From positions 84,878,001-84,942,000 of the forward strand of contig OZ296657.1 of assembly GCA_965655095.1 (NCBI GenBank): DNA of 64,000 nucleotides, written 5' to 3'. The position numbers and the translations under genes are program-made. Positions within the stretch are counted from its first letter, which is position 1, and the number at the start of each line of letters is the position of its first letter. The notes under the pieces are model-generated. The model was given only the letters and a program-made list of their open reading frames with translations. It had not been told where the DNA came from and ran no database searches. This document shows, one piece after another, positions 24,562 through 36,249 of this stretch. This DNA is from Haplodiscus bocki (Eukaryota).

Positions 24562-24810
24562 TTCCATACTGTCCAATTGGGCGTAGGGTTGCAAAGCCAT
24601 ACAAATTGGAAGCCGCGAACTGTTGCACATGTCTTTGGTAACGGGGAAACTGTACACAGTGGATCTCAGGAATTGGGGTCGACAATTTCCCTGATCAACA
24701 GACACGAACATGGTTGTGCAGAGAGGAGGGGCTCCCGCTGGCTGCATCCTGTTCCCAGTCTGGAACGGCTCGTCTCCTCTGTTCTTCTGATCTTCCAAAA
24801 GCACTGTGAT
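24562..24810 (-). CDS. SEC24C: SEC24C/D exon
   Basis: ITVLLEDQ...PPLCTT..DQGNCRPQFLRSTVY..P (Sec24 DQGN.SPR.RST motif); GT-AG, 83 codons. Confidence 0.93.
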
Positions 24811-25492
24811 CTATAACACAAAGTGAATAACCACCTGCTCATGTTTTAACAAAACCGTCTCATTGTCCTAGCTTAACTATTTTTTGTATGAAGAAGCGCC
24901 TCTAATTAATTTTGATTTTAGATCAAGGCTACATGACAGTCAGTACAAGTGAATTTCAATTCTTTCACTTAAACAGCTGTTTCATTCCATTTTAAAATAT
25001 AGCCTCCCAATGCACAGAGGACTTCGGACTTTTTTGGTTTGATCGCTCTGATCGCTCCTATGATGGTCCATATGGTCCCTCCTGTACTCCCACACAGCTT
25101 TACTGCATTTGGAAAAAATTGAAATTTTTCAGATGTCGCACGAAATTCCTTATTTTGGACGAGGTCGCACAATGTCGTACGAAAAAGCGTCAAAAAACAA
25201 AAACCGACTAATACTATTAGTACGTCGTAAAACTAAATTTTTCGCCACGTCCTAAAAAGCCCCAATTACATAACAATTCAAATTTAATATCGCACATCAA
25301 ATCTTCGACCAAGATAGCAGCAAGCAATAATGACCCATTTTGAGTGAAATAAAACGCAATCGCGAACTAGAAATGGTTCTTTATTTCCTGGTTCTTTAAG
25401 CAACACATTTGAACCAAATCATTTTAGTTTTCCTTCGGCAATTCGGTGTTTCATTCTAAAGTTTGTGAAAAAAGGTGACCCATTTTACTAAC

Positions 25493-25629
25493 AGGACTGG
25501 GCATCAAATCAGGATCCAATCTGTTCCTTGACTGCTGAGGAGGTCCCGGAGGAGAGCGGGGAGGATGGCCACCCATAGAGTCACTCGGTCCCATTGGTGG
25601 TGGAGGTCCAGCCGGCGGGGGTCCCATGT
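25493..25629 (-). CDS. SEC24C: SEC24C/D exon
   Basis: ttccag acceptor; ends RLDPDLMPSP (cf. the conserved LDPD.PSP motif of SEC24C/D); GTTAGT donor. Confidence 0.85.
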
Positions 25630-26163
25630 CTGGAAACACAAACTCTCAACTTATCACAACTTGCGAACAACAATGATATCCATTTCTATAAATCGCATCA
25701 AGTTTACTTTCCGTTATTGAGTGAATAAGAATTACAACCAAAATTCTGATGCAAAAATCAATCAATGAGCTGAATGTTCTTAGACCTTTTTAGGCGATTC
25801 AAGATGTTGCGGCCAATCAAAGCTTAAGTACGAATATGAGTAGAAATGGACAGCATTGATTAAGGTCTATCAATTTGAAGAGTCTCATTTTTCAACCCGA
25901 TTACCCAGAAGGAAGTTGAAACCGAGCCGAAATTCAGTGACAAGATTTCACCTCAGCCAGGAAAAGACAACACTTGAGAAGCAGAACAAAACAAAATGAA
26001 GCCCAAAGGAAATAAAATCTGGGGCTAAAAAAGAAATAATTATCTCCAAAATTCAAACAATCAACTCACTGCACGCAACCAAGCCATCAGCGATCACTGT
26101 TAAGGGAAACAATTATTGCCATGAAATCAAATGAAAGAATTTTCAAATTTAGGAGATACAAAC

Positions 26164-26340
26164 TTGTCTGAGGAAGGGTGGGTGGCTGAGGAGGAAAATT
26201 GGGATTCATTGGCCCACTCGTTGGAGGCATCGGTGGAAATCCAACAGGTGGTCTCACGTTTCCAGGGTTCATATTGTTGGGTGGAAGGGGAGCTCTGTAT
26301 GGCTGTGAGCCAGGGTATCCGGGCATCGGAGGTCCAGGAG
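26164..26340 (-). CDS. SEC24C: SEC24C/D exon (Pro-rich)
   Basis: tattttag acceptor, A|GTTTGT donor, phase 1-1, PGPPMPGYPG...PPTLPQT. Confidence 0.8.
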
Positions 26341-26568
26341 CTAAAATAGAAGTCAAAAACTTTTATTTGCAACTCTATGTATTTGACTTCTCGTTCTTTC
26401 TACTCAACTAAAAGAAAAAACTACGCCTTTTAAAGACTAAATTATCCAAAAATTATATTCAGCATTTGATTACTATGTCGGCTTGTACTGAAATTATTTT
26501 AAAGTCGTATTTTTTGAAAACAAAGTAGTCTGATGAACCCAATACAGCATCAAAAATTTCAAACTTAC

Positions 26569-27382
26569 TGTATTGTGGTGATTGAAAATGATGGGGTGGT
26601 CGATTATTCGGTGAAACTTGTTGCATATTTGCTTGATAGGATACATGACTCGAGGTCGGTGGTTGCTGAGGGGGAGCTCCACTATTCGGGGCAGCGGGGA
26701 GACTCTGTTGTACAGGCAATCCAGCGGAAGGAATCTGGTTCATTTGGTTTTGGGGAGCGCCTGGTGGCATAGGGGGACCCGGAGGAGACACCATCCCCTG
26801 TTGGGGATAAGTGGGTGTTTCTGAGGTCGGAGGGAATGACTGAGGAGGATATTGATTAAAGTTTTGCTGTTCTGGCGGATTTGGGTAACACTGGTACTGT
26901 TGCTGTGGGTGATGGTTGTTGCTCTGCGCAACCGGTGTAGGGGTTGACTGCTGAATGTTGTAATTAGGACGGGAAGTTGAATTTGGATGCACACCATTCA
27001 CAATCGACGTCTGTTCTGACTCGGCTGAATTTTTGTTTTCGTTACTTGAACTGTTCACATTCTCTGATTTTGAAACTTGATGGCCGGCACTGCTCAAATC
27101 ATTCGCATGATGCCCATTTGCTAAGCCTCCATGGCTTGATCCAACCTGAGGAAAATTGTTCGGCCCTGATTGATGACTGGAGTTCAAGGTAGGTCCAGTA
27201 GGGGTAGCAATTGTGTCAGGAGGAGGCCGCGCCATTTGCTGTTGTTGCCATTGAATAGCACTCGGATGCGCTGGAAAAGATGGATGTTTGCCCGGTGCCA
27301 TCTGATATTCATATGGCTGTTGCATGGCAGGGTTTTTATTCACTTGGAACGGAGGCGCAAACTGAGACGGATGAGCCGGCAT
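26569..27382 (-). CDS. SEC24C: SEC24C/D exon (first identified coding exon; Pro/Gln-rich N-terminus)
   Basis: Pro/Gln-rich ORF MPAHPSQF...SPQY. Acceptor tttttcag at 27398-27399 lies just upstream of the ATG at 27382; donor A|GTAAGT at 26568. An upstream exon may exist. Confidence 0.8.
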
Positions 27383-28059
27383 TCCTCTACCTGGGCCCTG
27401 AAAAAAGCAACAGCAATGTTTTACTGAAGGTCCCCTGGGCCTTTTATTAGCAAGGATGACCAATTATTCATGGCAATGAATTGTTGCGAAAACTTTGAAC
27501 CGATCAATTTCTGCAATTACTGGAAGCCTGAAAACCATCATTTTGCGCTCCAAAATTGATATTAATTGAACGTCAGCAATCAAGAGGCCTACATCAACCC
27601 CAAAATCTGAAATAATTGTTATAAGGTTTCAGAATTTACAAAGCCACTCCTCAACTTGGCGTTTTTTGATGAAAATACAACAAATTTTCCCCGAATTTAT
27701 TTCAGGGACATGATATGATAATAGGCCTTTGGCGGGGCTCGAACATCGAAGCGAAAGAGTTTGAAAGGTTCGCCGAATTAACATCTTTGAAGTTCTAAAC
27801 AATCAAACGAAGAAAAAACAATGAATTAAACTATTTTAAAACTTGATTCGGGTCAAATTTGTTATTTTGCAAAAAAAATTGAACAACGGATATTCGAAAA
27901 CGAAAAAAGTGCATAAATTTTCCACGAGGGCTGTGTACATAAAGATGCCAGGCTGTTTAGACGCAGGTGAAAAATAAATGGAGTAGTCAATATGATCTAT
28001 ATAGGAAGATCATCAAATATGGCAAGAAAAGAAACTTTACCAATTTTACAAATTTGGAA

Positions 28060-28150
28060 CATAGGAGCAGCCTTAGGGCGCGCCGCGACTTCCTTGGCTC
28101 AGAAAGTAAGTTTCTCGACAAAAATGGCGCCCGAAGAATCTTGTCAAAAC
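28060..28150. promoter_or_regulatory. Candidate SEC24 promoter region (local CpG-rich patch, YY1-like AAAATGGCG)
   Basis: GGGCGCGCCGCG and CAAAAATGGCGCCC about 700 bp upstream of the first identified SEC24 exon. Confidence 0.3.
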
Positions 28151-29304
28151 AGTACCAATCGTTTGTAGTCAGCGCTTTGATTATCGAATAAAAAGCTACT
28201 TTTCCTCTTGTATGATAGACTTCACTCAGTATGCGACGTTTTTACTAACTTTAGTAATCTAGCATTAATTTACCCACTCTACCCAGAGAATAAGTATCAA
28301 ACATACTTTCATCACTTGAACGTTCCAAACACCTTCAAATAACCTTATACGAAAACCGAAAAAAAATGCAAACACAAATATCCAGGAAAATTTTGAGCCA
28401 ATTCCAAAACTTTCCTGATATCACCCATATGGGTAAACCAATAATATTCAAAAAGCAAAACAGTATCGCAAAAAGTCGCACGTTCGTTTTTTGACAGCCC
28501 AAAATTCTTGCATCTGAAACTTTCCGACGAAATGAAAGTTTTCCACCATCAAAAGCTCCTGTCCTGTGATTATTTTGAGCCTTAAGGGCGGCACTGACGG
28601 CTTTTTATCCCACTTAATGGAATTTTGTCTAAAAATTTGAATTGGTGGGTTAAAGAAAGAACAAGAAGTCCCAGGAAAAACGCCAACTTTAGCAGCTACT
28701 TGGATGACTAACCAGCACTAGAAAAACTGTCTGGACAAAATTTTGAAAAGTCTGACGAACTCCTCAAAATTTACCACTTTGTATCGAAGTGAGCAGGATG
28801 CATAGTCACAAAATTGATACCCCAAACAGATTAAAAATTTGGAACTCGCAAAGTTAGTTATTGTGGCGACTCGCAAACAGTAAAAGTGACATTTCTGAAC
28901 AGAAAATCGAATACCTTATAAAACATTACAGATTGTTGTTTTGCATTGGTTTTCAAAAAACGTAGATGGAAAGCAGAATCAAAAGGTGAAACCGAAAAAT
29001 TGCGCAAAATCAACTATTTCTCGCTTCCTTCGGATCATCAAAAAATCATCAAAATGATTAATTTTTGGCGTATTATACTGCTGTATTTTGCTATAATTTT
29101 CCTTCTGCAATGTAATCCTAGGTGTCAGTAGTTGAAAAATTGACATGAAAAGCGACAACGAAAGAAAAAACTCGAAAAATTGCTAAAATAGCTATTTTTG
29201 GCATGCATAATAAGTTAGCTACAAAAACTCCATATTTCATATTTTTGAAAAAATCTGCAGTAATTTGCTGGAGTTGTGCTTTTCGAAATAATAATACTAG
29301 TAGT

Positions 29305-29600
29305 AGTAGCAGACTTGCATTTACCGCGTGGGAAGTCTGTGCGTGTGTCTCTCGTATTAGTTGGAGACAGCTTAAGTTTACCCTAAGGCGAGTTTTACAG
29401 ACAAAATTTTCCAGCAGAACATAGGCTATCAATGGAAGTCAATTGAAAATTAATTGCCGAGGCAGTCAGGAGATGCAGTTCGAACAGTAGCATTCCAGGT
29501 ACCATGTACAAAGAAAAAAGAAAGTTTTATTTAGCGAAAGTAGAGAAAGAACATACAATATTTTTCCCAATTTATAAAAAATGCAACTTCTGCATGGAGT
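29305..29600 (-). mobile_element. LINE/SINE 3' end fragment (two hairpins plus (CTA)n(TTA)n tail)
   Basis: Minus strand: TGTCTC...GAGACA and CAGACTT...AAGTCTG hairpins followed by CTACTACTACTAGTATTATTATT. Confidence 0.5.
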
Positions 29601-29969
29601 GGCGACGGGTTAAGGCCCATTTTCAAACAACATTCCACAAGAGCGCCACTGATAACTGAACTAAGTGAGTGAGGTCGATAAATTACTACGAGCTGTAAAA
29701 AAATACTGTAAGAAGGTTGACGCCATTTGTGCTATTTTCTTTGAATGGAAAAATCCTCAAAATTGAAACGGATGAAAACTTTTTAGTAGCTGCTGTTTGG
29801 TTATTGTATATTCACCAGCATCCTAGCTCGTTGAAGAGTAGGTTGCAAAATCTTGTATTATGCTATTATTGGTTGACGCGAAAAGTTGATCCGAACGATG
29901 TAAAAATTTGAAAAAGCCCGGAAAATCGCTTCTCACGCCCGGGTTCATATATTTTTTGATTCCCAACGG

Positions 29970-32480
29970 AAGAAGCAGTCCCCCCGTACTCATAGACTGA
30001 GCAGTCGATCCTTGCCCCGAAACCCCCAAGGGTGAGATGGACAAGGACCGAACCAACAGGGAGCGCAAAAGCTGGGGGCTGAAGGCCCCGGTAGGAGAAA
30101 GGAACAGGACACTGAAAAAGTAGAAAAAATACCCAAGAAACAGATAGATCGTTTTCAGGGGTCAGTCAGCCGCAACATTTAAGCAAAAGAAAAAGAACCG
30201 AACCGGAAAAAAATGAAATTAATTGCAGATGTTGTGAAGAAGTTTTTGACTCCTGAATACAAATTGTTTCAAACAATTGCCGTGGCTCTTCTTGAAAAAA
30301 TTTGAAAGTAGTAATTGCAAGCCAACGAACGGATGGTCAATTTTCTTCAAAACATTATATAGCCTACATGCGCGATAAATGAGACTTCATGATCCCGATT
30401 TGTTTCTGCTAATAGGTAACAGACGTCTTTTCTTGTGAAACGTTTTCGGCATTGTTTGTATCAATCGATTTCCAAAGGATGATTTCAGAAGAAAAAGCCA
30501 TGGAGACAACGTTTCAGCAAATTACTCAGTCCATCACAGAGAGCTCCGGTGGCATTATAAAAAAAAGAATCATTTAAAGTGCTCGAAATATGATCAAATT
30601 TTTTTTTCTTGAAGATGACTCGGAAAACATTTTTCTGTTGTGAATGATTTCTACGCAGTTCCATAGATCAAAATTCCGGACGATATTATTGGCTTGATAT
30701 ATACCTTGTACATCCTCACCAACAAGTTTGTGGATATAACTTTTCGTACCCCATAAAATACACTGCAGAGTGTTTTCATTTTTGTCACTATTCCGTCAAT
30801 GTGGCTTTTGAATGAGAATTTTTCATCAATTATGACTCCCAGGTACTTTGGTTGACTTGATAATGATACTTCTCTGATCGTTAGTGCTAAGCGTGATGTC
30901 TCTTTTCCGAAACAAATGCTGGTTGTCTTATCGATGTTTAGACTCAATTTGTTTCTTTTTCAGCCAGTCCTCTTATGTTTTTATATCAGAGTGCTGCTGA
31001 TTGTTTTGGGGTCGCAAACCAGAGCCGTATCATCCGGGAAGTTGATTGTTTGTATTGAAAGCAAATGGTCACTAATATAAATTACATAAATCAGAAAAAT
31101 CAATGGTCTGAGAGCAGATGAGTATTGATATCGACTCAAAAGATAACTTTCCAAAAGATATAAACAATTACCCCTTATTCCATAGTTATCCAGCAGAGTA
31201 GTAGTGAATGGTTTACTGTATCGAATGCTTTCCGAAAATATAGAAACAAAGCAACCAAATTAATATTCTTTGCGTCGAGAACCTATTCACTGACGATTGA
31301 TAGTGCATCGATTGCGCTTCTATTCATCCTGAATCCGAATTGATGATCATTCAAGATTTTGAATTTCCCGAGAAAACTATGTTTTTTGATGGAGTTTTTC
31401 GAATACTTTGGAGATTGTGGTAATCAATGCTATTGGTCTGAAATTCCCTGGCTCTTTTAAGCTACCAGACTTGTGTCGTTGTATAAACCTAGTATATTTT
31501 ATTTTCGAAGGAAAATACTCTTGATCAATTAGGTCGTTGAATAACTTTGCCAGGAATGGTACAAGAGCAATCGAAAACTTTTTCAAATAGTTTGATATTC
31601 CTGAGTGAACGCAGATTATTTTGTTTGTTAACTGATTTATTGCGTTGTAAGCCCGATTCTCACTAATTTCCTCCAGAAAAAACGACTGAGTGATGTTTTT
31701 ACTTGGGGCCGAGATTCACAGGAACGTTACTTATATTACTAGTAAGATTTTTTCCGATAGAACAGAAAAAATCATTAAAATGATAGGCTTTTACTTGACA
31801 TTAAATTTTTGTACCTTGTTTGTTGAGATAGATCTGACTCAGTTTGAAAAAAATTCCATTCTGGAGGTTACTTTCCATTTGTTCAGTGTTATACCTTTTT
31901 TTGCTCTGTGTAATAAGGCTTTTTGTATAGTTCCTGTGTTCTATGTGCATCTTTTTTCTGTGTGCTGTGGGGTCTTTGAGGTATATGCTTCTCAAAGATG
32001 TCCATGCGGAATCGCCGTTGTAATGACATTTGAGTGAGTGTACTAGAAGGTTTATGGTAAATAATTTGTAGTTGTGGTTAAGCCCCAAAAGTTAGTATTA
32101 AAATTCTACGCCAGGAATATCATATAATTGCCAATCCTACAACAAAAGCATTTAGACTTGATGCCATTACACAGGACCACTTTCGTTCCATAGCAAAGCT
32201 TAAGCTCGGTTCCAGGCGGCTCATTGGTGGAAAGTCAGTCAAAGTTAAGACAATTCGTCTTAGCTCCGATGTCACAAAAGAGTCGTAAAAATCGCTTGAA
32301 TAGCTGGTAGTATATTAGAAAAGTGGTAGATTTCTGACAGTCGTTACCACTCCACCATTTGCGTCCTTTTCTATTCAGATTCTCTATATCCTGGAGAACT
32401 GTAATTTTCGGGACCAAATCTGAAAATCGTTTAAAAAAAGATGGACAGAAAACACGAGAGAAAGGGATCATAATTGACCA
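29970..32480 (-). mobile_element. Degenerate L2/CR1-group LINE (RT) with a structured 3' UTR
   Basis: NFRPIALITTISKVFEKL, FRKAFDTVNH, PLIFLIYV, FPDDT, LSLNIDKT, KYLGVIIDEKFSFKSHI; GC-rich hairpins and a short CTT tail at about 29970-30090. Confidence 0.85.
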
Positions 32481-32732
32481 ACGCATAGACTAGGTGAGAT
32501 ACAGAGTAACGAAAGTAGTTAACGTGTTTCTGCTGAAAGTTAGTTTAGTTTGTAGATGCGACGTCATCCGGGACAACGAGTCTTAAGCCAGAGGTACAAG
32601 TCAGTCAGTTGAGAAGTGGGGTATTCAGTAAAACAGACCCATTAGTTTTGTGTGAAATATGAAAAAAAGCTTCATTCCTCAAGGTTCAAATTTAGTCTGT
32701 TCAGGTTGGCCAAATAGGAGAGTTTATCAAGG

Positions 32733-33044
32733 TTAGCTTGGAAATCCAGAAAATATTGTGCAGTCGAGCAAGTGATAAGCCATTTTGGTGTTATCAGCGA
32801 ACCAAAAGTATTTTGAGAGGACGAGCACTGCTAGCATACAATCTGTGTAGATTAGAAGGAGTAAGGTTCCGATTACACTGCCTAGGGTTACTCTGCCAGG
32901 TACTGGTTTCATGGATGATAAAATGCAGCTCACCTTCACCGTTTGAGACCCTATCGAAGGCCTTCCGGATATCCAAGTAGGCGTATATTTGTTCACTCTT
33001 ATAATCAGAGCGGTTAATAACGTCATCGCAACCATCGAAATAAT
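32733..33044 (-). mobile_element. Short internally deleted LINE RT fragment
   Basis: YLDIRKAFDRV; GSVIGTLLLLIY; FADNTK. Confidence 0.65.
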
Positions 33045-33880
33045 AACAAGACGGCCGGCTAGCACCGGCATATTTTTCGCCCAACTACAAATATTTTAAT
33101 CAACTTTTACAAACAGTTAAAAACAAAACTACTGTTTTGATATTAGTTTTCAAAGAATTTTTACAAACATCAATTCCACCACTGATTTCTGTACTTTGTG
33201 CAAAAAGGTATCACGATTTTCCGTTGAAAAATTTTCGTCTCGCAGTGCCGAAAAATTTCGATGAGGAACCCTTCTGTGCTGTGTTTCAGAAAAGAAAATT
33301 TCCGGTAGCGAAAACGTTTAGGGATAAGAGGGGGGGGGGGAGGAGTATCAAGATTTTCCGTCGAAAATTTTTTGTCTCACGGTCCCGAAAAATTCCGTAG
33401 GGGAATCCTTTAGTCTTTCATTAATTTAGGGTATCGAAAAAATTTATGGATAAGAGGGTGGGGGGAGTATCAAGATTTTCCTTCGAAAATTTTCTGTCTC
33501 ACGGTGCCGAAAAATTCCGTAGGGGAATCCTTTAGTCTTTCACTAATTTCGGGTATCGAAAATGTTAGCGATAAATCGTAAAAATATTTGGTACGACAAT
33601 GACCCGAACCTACTGCTTGAGAACCTTGTTGTCCTAAACCTACTGCTGTCATTTATTTTTGAATAAAAAGAGTTGGCAATTTTGGTCTGAAAAAAAAAGA
33701 AAAACAAATATGAATTTACACTTCTTACATGTACGCATTTAGATTGCTGGCTGCAATATACACTGCTTACAACCAAAGCTTCGTTCACAATTTCGATGCC
33801 TACAATCGACCCTAATATCTAAAAAACCACGAGGTGTACCTTCGGATTCGATACTGAAAAACAAAAACAAAATTTTCAAA
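33045..33880 (-). mobile_element. Putative non-autonomous Helitron-like element carrying a ~122-137 bp tandem repeat
   Basis: Minus-strand end GCCGGTGCTAGCCGGC hairpin followed by CGTCTTGTT; the same end occurs at 7593-7630. The far boundary is uncertain. Confidence 0.4.
33208..33572 (+). repeat. Three tandem units of ~122-137 bp (GTATCAAGATTTTCCG..TGCCGAAAAATT..GGGGAATCC..GATAAGAGGGGG)
   Basis: Unit starts at 33208, 33345 and 33467. Confidence 0.85.
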
Positions 33881-33883
33881 TAT

Positions 33884-34200
33884 TAGTAGTAGTAGTAGTA
33901 GTAGCAGTAGCACAGGATTCAGTCCAAGGGAGTTTGTGGCTCCCAGATGTTCAAAGTTTCTGCATATTCCTGCAGTTACTGCATCCGCAGTAAAGTCGCC
34001 ACGTGTAGGAGCTTTCATGGTTGTAAGACCCCTTGAAGGAACCTCTGTACATTTTTGTGATTGCCGCCTTGGGATTGGAGATCTTCAAAATATTTTCGCT
34101 CAATTTCGAGCTGAGAATTTTTGGGAGATATACAGCTTGTGTCCAAAAATGCTGTTTCGTTTTTCGTCCTTGTTTCAATTAAATTACGGTCAGCGGTAAA
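33884..34200 (-). mobile_element. LINE/SINE 3' end fragment with hairpin and (CTA)n tail
   Basis: (AGT)n at 33885-33910 next to a GGGAG...CTCCC hairpin. Confidence 0.5.
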
Positions 34201-36249
34201 TATTGATATCTACCAGCCAATTATCGCATAATTTACGTCGGGCCGATCAATCATTTCGCCTTGCAATTTTTTGTGATTTATTCATTAAGCATCCATGTCC
34301 ATCAAAAAACACAGTAAGTCGGCAACAATCGACAACATAAAAACAAAATTACACCAACTCAACACCAAAAGTTTCCAGAAATGAAAATACCAAATCTCAA
34401 TTGACTGGCATAATTTTTTGTTCGCTTTTAGGCACAGGTGTGCCTTTCCATCTATCATTATAAAAAAAATTAAAATCAATAGTTGATGTAGTAAAGTAAG
34501 CAATACAATGACCTAATCTATAATTACTTCCTCCACAGCCGATGTTTTAGATACTTTTTGTTTAATACATGAGATCATTAGTGGCATTGCAAGGAGGCTC
34601 TGCATCTTGCAGCGTAATGACGCCTGTTTTTCTGACTGCCCATACTTGATCAAGGGATCCTTCATGTTTTTCCCTAAGAAGACTGGCTTCAGTACGTACG
34701 GTCCTTTTCAATTTGTATTAAAGGAAGATAGAAAAAATAAAACAACAAGCAAAAGCGAATAAAGAAAAATATAAAAACAATGTCAATTGACTGCGATAGT
34801 TTTCTGTGCTCTTACATTTAGGCTCAGGTCTGCCATTCGATTCGTAACATTAGTATTTGCCATCCAAGTATACTCTGAAAATCACCAAACATTAGGTAGC
34901 TCAAAACTAACGAATATTTAGAAATCACAAACCTTTGAAGCTACAGTTTTTCACTTCCCATGCGCAATTATGACCAGGCGACACAGAAATTGAAGAACTC
35001 CAAAACCCGAAAACATTTTGAAAATTTATAGCGTGTTTTATTTCCAGATGGGTTGGAGTTCATCGGCAAGTGGATAGCTGCTTCTTTTTGTATTTCACTA
35101 ATAAAAGACATAGACATACTGTGTCCTTCCTGCTTATAAATTCGCGCTGTTGGTCGTGTGTTTTTGCACTATCAACATGGATTGCAGTTACTAAATATAA
35201 TCGAGCATATATACGATATCAATACATTTTTGACTTTCCAGAGGAATTGCTAAACTTCTGAACGTTACACTACACTGCCAAACACTCCTGCTGATTGATT
35301 TCTGGTATGACGAACCAACTTTGAAATCCGAGTAAGCTCAATGATTGACGTTTTACACCTTCTAGGCGCAATTTACAGCTCAGATCATCTGCGAAATAAC
35401 ATCGGTCACTTGACGAACAGCATCTGTCAGTTTGGAACACCAAAAATTTTACGAAAAGTGTACGATCGATATCAACTGTTCATATGGGATGATCGGACCA
35501 TAAAACGAGCCAGTGTAAAACCCCAATCTTGACTGACGAGAGTTACTCCTCTGTCAATTTACACCCGATCGAATAATTTTTAGGTATTTCAATGCCGAAA
35601 ACCCGCAATTGCTCATTCATTTTGACCCTGCCGCCATCGATCCTTTACGAGCTCAATTGGCAAGTGCAATCACGTTCGCGTCGTGGAAACAGCGAATCAA
35701 GACAAACACTCGGATACCTAGAGACGTGATAAATGGTGGCTATTCACAAATTCGGAAATAAATTTGGCTTGAACAAATCCGAAAATAATTTGCCCAAGCC
35801 AAAATATTAATCAGTATTGAAATCGGTGCCTTGGTGACTGCCACATCGTCTATTCGGCTCTGGTCAAGAGCGTCTTGCGTTACCTCACTAGACTTGGGAA
35901 TTGTTTCTTCTGTGCCTTCATAACAGTTCGATATTTGAAGTATTTAACTCACTACGTTATAATGAGTGATTTGAAGATCTGAGCGCATGTAAATACGTCG
36001 AACTTGATTTAAACTGGGAAAAAGTTTTTAATTCTAACGGACGTCTGAATTGACACACAATTGAGATAAATAGCGCACACTTGTGTTAAAAAGCTTGACA
36101 CAGTTGACAAACGGTTCACAAAACAAGATTTTCACTTCTTTATTCATTTTAGCCGTTTTTAATACCTTGACACGCAAGGAAACTTTCAAGGTATAAAGCT
36201 CGAAACGGCAAACCTAAATTAACGAAGCCTTTGCTTCGCCAACTGTGAC

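Noticed and set aside
26459-27463. Single 334-aa gene
   Set aside because: It is a SEC24 exon plus intron read-through at both ends.
29995-30050. Hammerhead ribozyme (CTGA...GAAA with stems)
   Set aside because: The core reads CTGAGCA rather than CTGANGA and the cleavage triplet would be GUG; better explained as a LINE 3' UTR on the minus strand.
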